The position numbers and the translations under genes are program-made. 64,000 nucleotides of DNA, from assembly GCA_025786725.1 (NCBI GenBank), contig JAHLTZ010000051.1:48797-112796 (forward strand). The letters run 5' to 3'. The stretch comes from Syncephalis fuscata S228. Taxonomy: Eukaryota; Fungi; Zoopagomycota. Shown here piece by piece: positions 41,101 to 55,983 of this stretch (the first letter of the stretch is position 1; each line of letters opens with the position of its first letter). The notes under the pieces were generated by a model. That model was not told the origin of the DNA and ran no database searches. It saw nothing but the letters and a program-made list of their open reading frames with translations.

Positions 41101-44100
41101 TCATTAGTAATCCAGAGATTCAAGATTTGGTACCGACTTTGATGGTTGCCCTCTGTGATCCAGATACTAAAACGAATACAGCACTATCTGCCCTATTAGA
41201 AACATCATTTATTCATTATATCGATGCACCTTCTCTTGCTCTTGTAAGTAGCAAACAAACATATATACATATTATGCGGCGATACTCATAACTATCCCTT
41301 AGATTATGCCTATCATTCAACGTGGTTTGTGTGAGAGAGGCACACAAGTAAAGCGAAAGTCAGCCCAGATTATTGGTAATCTTTCATCGTTAACGAGTGC
41401 CAAGGACTTTACACCATATCTTACGCATCTTATGCCTGGATTACGTGAAGTATTGGTGGATCCAGTGCCTAGTGCTCGTGCCACTGCGGCTATGGCCTTG
41501 GGTGTATTGGTACAGCGTTTAGGTGAAGAACAATTCCCTGAACTAGTGCCACAGCTATTGCAGACACTTAAATCCGATACAAGTGGTGTGGATCGACAAG
41601 GTGCTGCCCAAGGTCTTAGTGAAGTTATTGCCGGTCTAGGTATTCAACGACTTGACGAACTACTACCGGATATGATTGCCAATACATCAAGTAGCAAGGC
41701 TTATGTTCGTGAAGGTTTTGTTTCACTGCTTATTTACTTGCCTGTCACCTTTGGTACACGATTCCAACCGTATTTGGGTCAGATTATTCCACCTATTCTA
41801 GCTAGATTGGCTGATGAGTCGGATTATGTACGCGAAGCTTCTCTAAAGGCGGGTCAAATTATTGTTGATCACTTCTCGTCGACAGCGGTCGAGTTGCTAT
41901 TGCCAGAACTTGAACGAGGCCTATTTGAGGAGAATTGGCGTATTCGTCATAGTTCAGTGCAGCTAATGGGCGATCTACTCTATAAGATGACGGGTTTGCA
42001 AGTGAAGTCATTAACGGCCGTTGCCAGTCAACCAGTAAATATGGCTGCCTCGAGCAATCCAGATGGCGAGGCCGAAGCCGAAGAGGAAGTAACGGTAATG
42101 ATTACCGAAGAAGGACGTAAAGCACTTGTCGATGCCCTTGGACAGCAACGCAGAAACTCGGTACTGGCTGCCCTTTACGTTGTGCGATCCGACAGTAAGT
42201 AGTCATTTATAGTTGTGCGTCTATCCAATACATCTAACCTATTTTGTGTAGTATCGTCTGTTGTACGACAGGCAGCAGTTATGGTGTGGAAGTCGATTGT
42301 ATTCAATACACCACGTACAATTAAGGAGATTCTACCTAATATTATGGAAATTGTCCTTAAACATCTGGCCAGTCCTATTGAACTGCTACGACGTGAAGCA
42401 GCAGCCACTTTAGGTGATTTGGTGCGCAAACTAGGTGAAAGTATTCTATTGCGTATCATTCCACTATTGCAAACAAGTCTGGCCTCTGATGATAGTCATC
42501 AGCGACAAGGGGCCTGTATTGGATTGTCGGAAGTAATGCAAACTGCAGGCAAAATCCATGTATTAGAGGAAATCGACACGATGGTGCCTATCATCAGATC
42601 AGGCGTATGTGACACGACACCACAAGTACGTGAAGCAGCCGCCCAAGGTAAATAGACGATAATAGACATTAATAGATATTAATATGTTGTTTGATAGCGT
42701 TTGATGTGTTGCATGGATTGGTGGGTCCACGGGCGGTTGATGACATTATTCCCGCGTTGTTGAATCAATTACATGCGGGCGAGTCTCATGCCCTTGAAGG
42801 ATTGAAGGAGATTATGACGGTTCGAGCCAGTGTCGTATTCCCTGTACTCGTGCCAACACTGGTCCAAGTACCAATGACCGAGTTTAACGCGAATGCCCTT
42901 GGTGCACTGATATCTGTAGCAGGCAATGCCCTAAGTCGTCGACTAGATCTAGTATTGGATGCACTAATGGCTTCATTGAATCAATCGGATGAATCTGCCG
43001 TATCTGCCGTGCAAAACACGATTGAAGTACTTGTAACGAACATTGAAGATGAAGATGCCGTTCACGCTCTTATGATGCGTCTATTTGAAAAGATGCGAAA
43101 GCAGCAGGATATTGCTGAGGAAAGTGATGAAGATACTAAGGCGGTGGTTGACCATAATAGTGTAAAACCGGCTACGTGTCGTGTATTGGCTTCATTCGCA
43201 CACTCTAATCCAGAAGGTGTTGGTCGCTACATCAGTGACTGGTTGCGTATACTGATCGACTTTTACGTTGTCGATAACGAATTGACTAAAGCAGCGTCGA
43301 ATGCTGTCGATGCACTTATTAAATCACAGCCTAAATCTGAACTTGATAGATACATTAACACGGCGCGTGCATCCATAAGAAGAGCTGTTGAAGCACTATC
43401 AGAGACATCATCTACCCTTCTACCTGGTCTATGTCTACCCAAGGTAAATATTATGGATGTTATGGATGTTGATATTAATAATACATTAATAGGGAATTGC
43501 ACCTTTCTTGTCTATTTATTTGCAAGGATTAATGAATGGTACAGCTGATGTGCGTGAAGTGTCGGTTCTAGGCATAGGTAAGTCTTAGTTGTGGATTCAG
43601 CACATAAATATTAATATATTGAATATATAGGCGAGCTTATTGAACATACGAGTCAATCGGCACTAAAGGCCTATGTCACCCAAGTAACTGGTCCATTAAT
43701 TCGAGTCATTGGTGAACGTTACCCAGCACCTGTAAAAGCGGCCATTTTACAAACCTTGGGGTAAGTAATTTGTAGCTTTACATAGTAACTGATTAACCAA
43801 TACATCCTATTAGTATTTTGTTGAATAAGGTGTCGATTCTACTTAAACCATTCTTGCCCCAACTGCAACGTACATTTATTAAATCATTATCGGATACCGA
43901 TGGTGCTGTACGATCACATGCAGCATCGGCATTGGGTATTTTAATTACCTTACAGACCCGTGTGGACACGTTGATTGTAGAGTTGTGTACGGGTATTCGC
44001 ACGACAAGTAGCCATGGTATTCGTGAAACAATGTTGAATGCTCTCTATAGCGTCATTGCCAAGGCGGGAGCAGCTATGAATGAAACCTGTCGCCAATCAG

Positions 44101-45130
44101 TTGAAAAAGTAATTGCCGAGTGCCTAACCGATAGTACAAGTAAGTAGGGGCGGGATCAGTTATTAGTTGTTGATAGTGTGCTAATACTGATGTTTAATGG
44201 TAGCGACGATTCAAGTGGCGGCTGCCCGTTGTCTAGGTGCTTACGGAAGTACAGTTGAACCGGCACAATCAGAGCCACTATTCCGGTAATTGAAGCTATA
44301 ATAGGATTTACAATAGTGTATCTAATGATTTGTTTGGTTTATAGCGCGCTTATTTTGGCGGGTAATGAAGAGGAGGCGTTTGATTTACCGGCTATTCTCG
44401 GTATTGATGCACTACTCATTGAAGAACCGGTCTATTTTGAACAAGTTAACGTAGCCGATGCAATAATTCGTCGTGTACTATTGACGGCCAAGGATGCTGA
44501 TGTAAGTAGCTAACAGATGATTATCCAAATATGACTATTAATGTATTAATAATATGTTACAGTATCAAGTAATAGAAATGACCGCCTATGTACTTGGCCG
44601 TCTGCTAGCTTGTCCGGCTTATAGGCAAAATGATTCGGCTAAATTGCTATGGGATAGCTTAATTGCGCTTATTACCGGCCCATATGGCAATGATGTACGT
44701 CAAGCGGCGCTCGTAGCTGTGAAGCGTGTAGCGAAACATCATCATCAAGAAACGATTACGCCCGACCTACTTCAGCTTATTGTGCCGGCCGTGTTAAGTC
44801 AGCTGAAAGATCGTAGTACACCGGTGAAACTAGCAGCGGAGCGCACTTTACTTTATGTATTGGCACTGCAAAATAACGATGACGTATTTGAAGTAAGTGG
44901 AACATAATAATAGCTTGAAGTTTATTAATGATGACGTGTAGCGCTTTAATGAAACGGGCGATGCAAATATCGTAAAGACGCTTGCCGACTATCATCGTCG
45001 TGTTTTGTCCAAAACAGCCATTACTGCTCGTGAAGATGGTCAGAATAGCGGTGATGAAGGCAACGAGGACGGCTTATTGCGTCGTGGTAACAAAATGACT
45101 ACCCCAAGTCATGCTGATACATCTACTTAA
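35191..45130 (+). CDS. GCN1: Translational activator GCN1 (HEAT repeats), more than 20 exons
   Basis: [113 protein letters not shown]; last exon 44942-45130 is open. Confidence 0.95.
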
Positions 45131-45696
45131 TAGTGATGAAAAAGATGATGATGATCATTATGATAACGACAAAATGATTTTACTAATTAGAACTATTGTT
45201 TTATTTATTAAATAAATATAAGCAATACTATATAATGGCATGTTTACATTTTAGATATTATTATTTATTAATGTTACTATTACTATTTAAATTGAGTGAT
45301 AGTATGACTAAATGGCCTATAGATGCATCTATAGTATATAATAAATGAACAATATGGTATTGAATAATATACAATTTGTACAAGCTGTGGCAATCATATT
45401 AAAATAGTGTAAATTGAAATTATATAAATAAAATGGATTGTTAGTATGGTTAAATAGCAATATTAACTACCCAATACGCTATATTCTAAGCGTTGAATAA
45501 AGATTTCTAAGCACTAAACGATAAAGTTGTAATATTGGAATAAAGTATTGCTTTTCACCTGATTTAAAACCTTTAAAAACAAAGGCATAATGACATTATT
45601 TATAGCTATTTCAGTTGTACAAATGTCTTTTAATTAGTTATATTATCATTCAAAGCATTGTTTATTTATATATAGTTGAAATATTATTAAAGTACT

Positions 45697-48130
45697 TTTT
45701 AATGCATATAAACATTATAGAAATGTATTATTTATTTCCAATAGCTATGGCTGCAGCAAATAATTCGCCTTCATCTGTACTCTTTAAAATACGATAGAAA
45801 GCTAATTTACAAATTTAAGCGTAAATCACTGTGTTAATACTATAACAGCATGTAGTAGTATTAAAATAATGGCTCTAGTGTAATTATGCGGTAAAAGACA
45901 GCAACATTTGAATTAAATAATAACAGCAATAATCTAACTAATAAAGCATTACTAATATCGAGTATACTTTGTGTAAAATCAGGCAAACTGTATGATATGA
46001 TGCATAAGTATGCATATAACATATAGGTAGCTATTGGCAAACTATAGTGCAACTGTATTGCGCATTGATGCAATGGTTGTAGCAATACGCCATTAAATAT
46101 GTAAAATAGCAGTTTTTTACCAATCATGGCTGTATAGCTTAAATACAGCAAAATGATCACTAGATTCGAGTTCAGCATGCTAAGCTGAATCGTTTGGTAT
46201 AAAATATAGAACAACAATTTTTGCAAAAAAAGTTGACCAAAATGCAGATTACGTGTAAGTTAGCTAGTGGAAATATAATTCAGCTTTATGGTTTTACAAA
46301 TCTAATAGTAAAATAAAAAATTGCACCAAGTAAATCCGAAGTGTTTTGCAACACTGCACCAATCATAATAACAAGTTAGTATAAACAAATATCGAGACAT
46401 TGCAGCGATGTATGTCATATAATATATGTATATGTAAAACCGCTAACTAACTTGCACGCAATTTGCACTTTTGGTCAACTTTTTTTGCAAAAATTGTTGT
46501 TCTATATTTTATACCAAACGATTCAGCTTAGCATGCTGAACTCGAATCTAGTGATCATTTTGCTGTATTTAAGCTATACAGCCATGATTGGTAAAAAACT
46601 GCTATTTTACATATTTAATGGCGTATTGCTACAACCATTGCATCAATGCGCAATACAGTTGCACTATAGTTTGCCAATAGCTACCTATATGTTATATGCA
46701 TACTTATGCATCATATCATACAGTTTGCCTGATTTTACACAAAGTATACTCGATATTAGTAATGCTTTATTAGTTAGATTATTGCTGTTATTATTTAATT
46801 CAAATGTTGCTGTCTTTTACCGCATAATTACACTAGAGCCATTATTTTAATACTACTACATGCTGTTATAGTATTAACACAGTGATTTACGCTTAAATTT
46901 GTAAATTAGCTTTCTATCGTATTTTAAAGAGTACAGATGAAGGCGAATTATTTGCTGCAGCCATAGCTATTGGAAATAAATAATACATTTCTATAATGTT
47001 TATATGCATTAAATAACAAATAATACAAGCTTGCAATGTCCATGAATATTACGCATTAATGGCAAAATGCTTATACAACTGCCTGATTATAAATAAACAA
47101 GCAGATATTTGCATTATAGGTATAGTTAGTGGGAAGTGAGGCATGTGTAACTAAATGGATTATTTTGAATGCGGTCATAGCTATTGTAAACCAATAATAA
47201 TGTGCTTATATAAGCTCTTGTCTATAAGCAACTAACTGATGTTTTGCATAATGTCATAATTGGTTAAGAATGATATGTATGTGCAACTAAAGTAGCTATA
47301 AACAAGTAAACTTTGTTTTTAAATGTTACTCATATTTATCAAAAGCAATAAACATTATTAACTGTATAGCACATTTACAGCTATTAGCATTGTCAATACC
47401 ACTATTATTAATTAATAGTGGCTATTTAGTGACCAGAAGTAATGTCGCATAATATGGTCTACCAATAATACTGCTTATGCTTACTTCACATTACCATTGA
47501 TGCTGATAAAATAGGCGATATACATGGCTAGCACATTGTTTATAACACGCATAGTCAACGTTTATCAGTGTAGGCTATTGCGTTATTGTATAGACACTGT
47601 AAATATATACAATACCTACCACTAATATATTTGCTAATAATTGATACACTTTTTATTAGTATTTGTGTAGGCTTGTACTGTCAAATAGCAAAGGAGAAAT
47701 TATTACCGCTTTTTTATTAATCAAGTAATTTTCACCAATTTTTAATTCCATCATTAATTATCTAGAATACATGATGTCATTCATTATGACCGCATAGTAT
47801 TGATATATTGACACATATAAGTCATTTATTATTGAAAAATTATAAAAAGTACTAACAGTTAAAAAGTACTTAAAATGATATTTTAATAATAATATTGCTG
47901 TTTTTATTTGTGGCAACTTCCAATAATTCTTTAATGTCATCTATATGCGTCGATGTGTTAATACTAAGCGGCTATAATGAATGGATTACGTATTTATAGA
48001 TACATTACTGATGATAATAAATATTGATGAAAATTGTTTGATTAATAAAAAAGCAGCAACAACTCCTTCTTTGCCACTTTGATAATAAAAGCATATGCAA
48101 ATACTAATAAAAAATATATAATGAATTAAT
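45697..48130. repeat. Second copy of the P1+P2 double-palindrome module
   Basis: P1 arms about 45697-46270 and 46440-47012; near-identical direct repeat of about 20822-22930 up to about 47825; P2 loop inverted; P2 right arm 47940-48130 diverged. Confidence 0.95.
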
Positions 48131-49169
48131 AGTCAATTATAGCCTTTGTTTATATCGCCTAATTAGTCTTGCCAATATTGTAGCTGGTCTGTTAACATTC
48201 ATTAGTAGCATACAATCATGCATTGCAATATTGATATTATTCGATACATAATGGTTGCTGACATGTATTTGATCAAAATGAATAGCAAAAATAATGCTAG
48301 CTATTGCATGTCCACTAGCATATACTTCAACAACTGTAGATTGCTTAACTACATTTTTTGCTAACACAGCATCTAACATGTGCAACCTATTAGTGCGTAT
48401 TAGTATTAGTCATCATTAATGTCGACTAGCTGCTACCAACTTTACAAGCATACTAAGCAGCAGTTACTATACTTTTATTTGTTACTTCCCAGTACCAGTG
48501 GTGCTATTTTGTATAAGCACAGATAGCGCAAATCTGTAGTATGTCCAACAAAGCTAACTATATCTACAGTGCCATACTGTTAGTGCTAGCTATTTATTAA
48601 TAAACAGCTGTTTAAACATTAAGCAATTACAGTAGTGTATATGTTTATTTGAGTGTATAGCAATAGCTGTAATAATAAGCTAGTACGCAGCATTTTATTA
48701 TTGCTAACGTATTAAAATTAGTATTATATTAATTAAAAACCAATCAGCATACTAGACAGCAAGCCATACTTTAGATGGCATGTTGTTAGCCGTATGGTAT
48801 ATACATAACTGATGTATATACCGTTTTATTGGTATATCATACATAAACATGTCATATTCATTGATTTCCATCGTGGTATCATGTTTATTTTGACTATAGC
48901 ACTAGCAAATACGGTCAATTTATTATAACTATTTCAACATTAGCATTTGTATAAACAAGTTGTTTACGTTATTGCAAAATCAATAAAACTAGAATGCTGG
49001 TAGCTGTAGAATATCATTTATTTACCTGAGTTGTATTGTATTACTAAACATTATAATCTTTTATATTTGATATAGCACACCAGCGTTATGTATGTAGTTG
49101 ATAATAACACTAGTTTATTTGGAATGTATTTGTATTAAATTTATTAAATTATTATTGAGCAACTTATCA

Positions 49170-49760
49170 AAATATAATGCAATGGAGCTTGAATAATTAC
49201 ATTTAATAGCATTCGTGTAGTTAATCTACATATTGGTATATTGAACATGAAACTGGATGGTGAGTGACATCAGCCATTAAATGTTCATTATCATAGATTT
49301 ATTATCCAGTACACATATATCCTTTATCCAATATATCATTTCTACTGTGTACTTTATTACTATATGCAATTTTATAGTATCTAAACGTATTTTATTTATT
49401 ATAATTTGCAATGCGTTTTACTCATTCCGCTCATTGCGTGACATGCACTATAGCTTCAAACTGCCGATTTTGTAAGTATCGCTGTATATTAAATATACTA
49501 CATATTGTTCTAGCATATAAAAATGCATATTATCTATAAATTGTTGTCAGTTCGGCCCTAGATTTATGAATAGTATATCGCAACTCACATGTTTATAGAA
49601 TGTTAATAGTATGTGTTGCTAGAGATATATGCATATGGATAGTAGATCTATGATATGAGTATTTTGATGATTGATGTCACTTGCCATTCAGTTTTAAGTT
49701 TAATAAAACGAAAATCTAATTTAATTACACAGGTATTATTAAATATAAACATTTAATTTT
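49170..49760. mobile_element. MITE-like unit bounded by inward-facing M termini
   Basis: M forward TTGAACATGAAACTGGATGGTGAGTGACATCAG at 49241; M reverse TGAGTATTTTGATGATTGATGTCACTTGCCATTCAG at about 49656. Confidence 0.6.
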
Positions 49761-50393
49761 CAAACATATCGAATCACTGGTGAGTCATTTATAAATGTAA
49801 GCGCATAATAACAAACGCAATCTGGTAACATATAATGATGTAAAATGGCCATTGCCATATAGTATACTTAGTTAGTTACTTAAATAAATCAAATATGAAT
49901 ATCGCGTAATAGTTCTTTGTGTTAGTTAATTAAATATATGAATATAAAACTATCCCAATAGCTTTTAGTTTAAATATAATAAACAGTATTAATTAGGTGT
50001 AAATATTAATATTCAGTAGTATGTTACTTATAATAAATGATATATTAATTTAAATCGATTAGTAGTTTAGAAATGGCGCTGTTGTATTTTATTGCCTAAA
50101 TAGTTGTTGTCTAAACATTAGTATTGGTATTCATTTGTAGTAAATTTTAATAATTATAAACTGATTTATTGGTGCAAAACCTATAAAACAAAATAAAACA
50201 AAATGTGATTCGGCAAAAGTGGCTAGCCCACCAAAAAGACAAGTGGCTACTGTTCCCAGTCCCTGTCAAGTTCTATAATTGAACAACAGAGCCCGGTGTA
50301 CAGTGCCGCTTGTCTGCTGGTCCCGCCTTATGGCAATGATGCCTAAATTAGTATTAGTATTGCTCTATTTAATTTATATTCTACTTACTTTGC

Positions 50394-50991
50394 CTATGCT
50401 TCTTCTTCGTCGCCATCAAAAGTCACTGTGATAATTCGTGGCCCTGGTGCAACTACTTCTTCGAGTTCTTCTCTCTCGACCGGCTCCTCCTCGGCCACAT
50501 CCGCCTGTTTCTTCTTGTCATCGCTAGCACTAACTGGTGCTTTCTCGCTAGCGCGGTGTACAAGACTGCGGCGCGACTTTGGAGCAGCTACTTTTGAACC
50601 GCTTCATCCTCGCTTGATCTTGCCTCTGCAGCTTGGGGCGCGCTGGTGTACTCAACACCTTCCATTGGCATTGCCTTGTTGGCAGCACCGCTGGGCGAGT
50701 AATAGTGCGACCGAAAGTAAAGGCATTGCTGTTTAACATCTTCATTGGAGCTGCATCGCTGACAGCCCAATTTGACGAGTGGTAATTTACAAAGAAGTTA
50801 AAGACAGGCGTGGCAAAGGATGGCGCAGACGAAGCAAGTATTGGCCGCGATATCAGCTTCGTCACACGGACCTTTTTCAAGGTCGTCTTGCAGCCTTGCA
50901 TCATATACACCTCAGAGAATGTGCGTTTACGATTATGCATAGGCTGCTTGGCAGTTTGAGAACTACCGCGCGTATGGAATGGAGTAGCCAT
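50394..50991 (-). CDS. Orphan low-complexity protein (basic N-terminus with RKRT, acidic C-terminus); two frameshifts
   Basis: Three overlapping frames join: MATPF..FGRT / SPSGAANK..EDEA / KVAAPKS..DGDEEEA-stop; GC-richer than flanks; 5'UTR intron at about 51262-51008. Confidence 0.6.
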
Positions 50992-52599
50992 AATAAACTA
51001 CTTTTGCTGTAGCAAATGCACAACATGCAATTAACACCATTTAAGCAATATACAAAACGCAAGCTCTGCCACAGTACAACAAGCCAAACTATCCGTTCAA
51101 GTGGATGAATGGTAATACGTAAGTGCTAAGGATGCATTGCGCAGCCAAACAAACAAATATGCACAACGCAAAGTGCTACGCAACAAACCAACTTGGCACA
51201 GCGACTATAGTATCATTCACTATCCAGTGCAAACGCAACTACAAAACGCAACACTTGCTTACTTTTAAGATACTTTGTAAACTATAATAATGTAGTGAGT
51301 GAGTAAACGAAGTTGTGGAAGAAAATAAACAGAAAGCGTTATAGAGCACTACAGATTGATCTTGCGCGGCTTTTACACAGTAAATAACTAAACTATTTTA
51401 CATTTATACCCAGTAGTTTGTATTGTCGTTTTTTGTATTGGGTATTTGTATATACAACATGTAGTATCACTATCGTCTTGTGCAGCTCAATACGATCTCA
51501 CTAGCCAAAACAGGCCTGCATCGGAATGAATATCAAATGGTCTGTGTACGCCTTGCTAAACCGGTAAATAGTCGATGAACTGGATGGCGTGGTCACAACA
51601 ACAAATAGACACTTAATACGTGATCTTGTGTTTACTTTTCATAAATACGCCACCACATGATTATGTGTATTAATAACGCGTGTAAACGACTGAAACAATA
51701 GCAAATCATTTATACAATACATGTAGCTGTAATAACATATAATGGTATTTATTCAAGTCACTTGTATATATTCCAATATTCATAATATACGGTGTATTTC
51801 TATTTATACGATTACTTCATTACTTATTTGATTGATTTATATTCCAGTATATCTGTATCTTTTAACACCATAAATAATGTCAATGCTTTATACAGCACGT
51901 TTATATTGAAACTTGGATTTAAAGGTGATTTGTTGATAGGTGCGTTGTAATCACCGTAGTCTTGTTACTGATGCAGATACATATCAGTTAGCTTATTGTA
52001 GCCAGTTCATTACTACAACAGTTTGTAATAGCTTGCTGTTTTACATTATCAATAGCTGATGGTTTCTGCTATATGTAAAATACATGCATGGATGTGTATA
52101 TCAGTGTACTCGGTAGGTATGGTTGTAGTTTACTAGACATACTAGACACAGTATTGCACAAGTACTTGGCAGAATACGACAAATAGTAATGTATATATAT
52201 ATATCTAATTGTACACGTAGCTATACTCGGCAACATTATAAGTAAAAGCTGCACCGCTTCAAGTGCTGCAGCATAAATCACAAGTTGTCTGGCGATCAGT
52301 AATCTATTGCGCACCAAGGACTTAGCTGTTTGAACGCGCTGACATCCGTATCGGTTGATACTATGCCAAAACATTCAGCTTGCTTAATAATCTCAAATGC
52401 CCAAGCATATCTATAATTTACTGACATTGTATTCTAAACAACATATGTTTGTTACGCTATGTATACTGTAGTAATATGCAAATTGCACTTAACTGTCGCT
52501 GTAATGTAGTAGAATCAATAATCAACGTGCATCGCGCAGTATTATTACCGATTCTATTGCTACTGTGTCTGTGCTTTATTATTATGCTTGAATAGCTAT

Positions 52600-53215
52600 A
52601 AAACACTGTGGTTACTTTTCAATAAACAATATAGGATAATTATAATACTTATATATATGCTACATCCTTGGCCAACACTCATCCTGCAATAGCTAGATTT
52701 ACTTTAAATAATACATGATCTTGATAAAGTTACTATGCATACACTCAATAAGCAATAGAAGCAGTAGGAGTTGAATTTTTAACAAATACAGCTAGCGACA
52801 AGCAAGCAACTTTTACCAATAATGCTAGCTATTAGACTATGCAACGATATAAGACAAAACAAAACAAAACAAATGTGTGTAAATAGTAGTATTAACATTA
52901 TAGCGTGTATATATATGCATGAACAAATGAGCGAGATAAACAAAAATAATAACGAGCAGAACTAACATCAGACGGCAAAACAGTTGCAAATAAATCGTAA
53001 TTACTATAATATAGAATAATATATAGTAGTATGCGATAATAGACGAATGATACAAGTAAATGGTGGATATAAGCGTACTGGATAATAAATCTATGATAAT
53101 AAACATTTTAAACTTTGATTCACGCACCACTCGTTATTATATTCAACAGAGCAATTGTTTAGTTCAACCACATAAATGCATCAAATTTAATCATTTGCCT
53201 TAAAAGCACATTCAA
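52600..53215 (-). repeat. M-family unit in tandem with the 53350-55780 unit
   Basis: TACTGGATAATAAATCTATGATAAT at about 53076; body matches the reverse complement of 27950-28260. Confidence 0.75.
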
Positions 53216-53470
53216 TGGCTTAATAAATTGTTTATTATCAGTGTAATAACAATAGCAAAAACAACTAGTACTATTATTAAATGGGAAGATGTCTGTATTT
53301 ATATGAACGCAACTAATAGTAGTATGTTAATAAATAAGAAATGCTACATTTATTTATTTAAACAAAGAAATACATAAATAATGATATACTAATACAAACT
53401 GGATGACTGTATAGCATATTGTGGCCCTGTTCTTGCCAAATCTAAATATCTCTTAAATCTATATCTATTG

Positions 53471-55983
53471 AAGAGGGTCAGTAAACGAGATGAGCCATAT
53501 GTGCCAATGATGTTTGCTGCTTGACTACACTGCAATAAGTAGTGGTTGTCCAAACAACATTTGCTCTGCACCATCAGATATCAGATATCTTCAAGCGCAA
53601 ACCTTATGTCGCCTCAACAGCCAGATACTCCGCAAGGTAACCTCGCAAACAAACACATGGTAAGCGTACCAATGTTACTATACAAAAGACCAATCAACTA
53701 TGTGCAGACAAGCGCCTTCTACAGCATGCTGGAGTACACACTGCGTGATATATAGCTTCTAGAACACTACATATCCAGCGCTCCATAGCCAAAAGGCACA
53801 ACTGCATCGCACCACCCACGCCCGTTTACCGACCTTAGTACATATAGCAGCAACCAGCAGCGATCTTGTAATCATTAGACGTCTAGCGAGTGCAAAGCAT
53901 ATTGGACAACAAATGGCAGTAAGAGCGAATGAGTGTAGCGTATATCGAGTGGTAAAGAGTAGAAAGAGAAGATAAAGGTGCAATGTTGGTTTGGAGGAGC
54001 GGTAAAGCCAGCTTATATACTGTGATAGTTGTGGAAAATGTCGTAATAAAACATGAGTCATCTAAAACCGTCTATGACCAATGTACTACATAATTGCTTT
54101 TAGTCTTCAGTATAAGCAAATACAGCTGTTTCAATAGGATCTTCAGTGCATGTAACTATTAGTGTAATATGTAGTAAACCATGTGTTTTCTTGTACACCT
54201 ATTGTAAGAGTCTTTATTGCTATCATTATTTTGTCTGAACATTAATATTGGTAAGCTCTTTACAACGCGATAAACTGATGGATTAAATCTGGATTACACG
54301 GCTTAACCGATTAAGCGTATAAATGATATATGCTAAACTTTACAAATAACATAGTAAGTCCGTTTATTTGGCAATATCAAGTATGGCTTTATTTTAAACA
54401 ATGCTGATCATCTAGGCAGCATTCAAAGCAGCTAAATGAGATCAGCTTCAAGCTTGTAGTTACAGTAAATACCAATGGCTTATATGTTGAATACTAATGC
54501 AATCCATCTAATAAGATCTTAGGGCAAATTATTTTTGGCCAAGTTTATTATTGCTTTTAATTGCGTCGAATAGAGTAACCAGCACTGTCTACGGCCACAT
54601 CGTAAATATACGTACACTTTGTCCTTATGCTCAAGTAGCTATAGCACAATACATGATTACTCTGCAATAAGCTATACGACACTTTTAGACCACGTATACA
54701 CAACACCCATAGCGAATATCTATTTTGTAATAACGAGCTTTATTTGGTGTAATAGCTTATACCAGTTCATCACTGGCTCGTCTCATACCATTGCAACATA
54801 TCGGTGCTGGAAAACAGTAAAAAGAGCATTAGCGGTGTAAGAAGGTTATTATACTTGCGCGTTTGTGTGGAATAAGTAAAAGAAGTGCTCAGAGCTAAAC
54901 TTTGCAACAAACAGCTAACAAGAAACGTATAGCTTCTGCAAATAAAGCATAGCCATTAAGCATAAAATAATATAGAGCAAATAAATACCAAAAGTAATTG
55001 TATGATAGCAGCATTAAAGCTATAGTGCGCCTTGGGAAGGAATGACTAAGCGAAACAAGTCAAACTTGTCAATATTAAAGCTGGCGTCAAGCTGACAGTA
55101 GTTATTGATAGCGCATAGTAACTATACAATACAATAGCATAACAGCCATCAGTTATGCTAATTAAAAGACAACTAGCTTTGTTAAAGCTATCGAGCATAT
55201 ATGCATGAGCAGATGAGCAACTTGCGTAAACTTTTATAATAACAATGCTAGAATCAAACACACAACGGTAATAGCTAGCGCGTATTTACTGAATAATAAA
55301 ATAATATACAAATTAAAAAGTATGGACAGCAGTGGTATAGTTACTAAGCATATATGCATGATCAATGGCCGACATTAGTCGAACTTTATAAATAATAAAG
55401 CTAGAACAAAAATAAAAGTAGCATTGGATAAAGGAAGAATAGGCGAGTATAGAATGACATATGAAGTAATAAATATACGTAAGAAATCATAAAAGTGGTG
55501 TTAAAGTTACAGTGCATATAGTGTGATGAGCGGAGAGAGTAAAGTTTATTGCCGCATATAATAATTAGAATGTGTCTAGTATATCATATAACGGTATATA
55601 GTAGTGTGGAGCGAAATAGAAATGATATAGGTGAATAGAGTATATATGCGTACTGAGTATATGCATACTGGATAATGGATTTATGATGATGGGTATTTGA
55701 TGATTGATGTCATTCATCATCTACCATCATGTCCAATAAATTAAGTGTTATTAAATATAATCATTTAACCACCAAACAAACAGTATGATTAAACGATTTG
55801 AGCATTGAATAAAACTCACCACCCGTCCCATGTTCGATAGAACAAATATCTAGTTTAATTACACGAATACTGTTATACTTACTCATTTGTTCCCAAATTA
55901 CATTATATAGTTAATAAAATGGTATAGAATAGTTTATGACAACATACATAAAATATGTTAATCACGTTGTATTGAAATTTAAT
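53471..55983 (-). repeat. Left arm of a near-identical long inverted repeat (two stacked M termini plus the M body)
   Basis: Reverse complement of 61510-64000; identical 100-aa ORF translations at 53759-54061(-) and 63409-63711(+). Confidence 0.97.

Noticed and set aside
45861-46850. ORFs MQKLLFYILYQ.. found on both strands at 21 kb and 46 kb
   Set aside because: By-products of the palindrome; they start at TTG, have AT-driven composition and differ in length between copies
50221-50345. GC-richer stretch considered as a TPP riboswitch, tRNA or snRNA
   Set aside because: Lacks the CTGAGA and downstream TPP motifs and tRNA boxes; most simply the 3'UTR of the orphan gene
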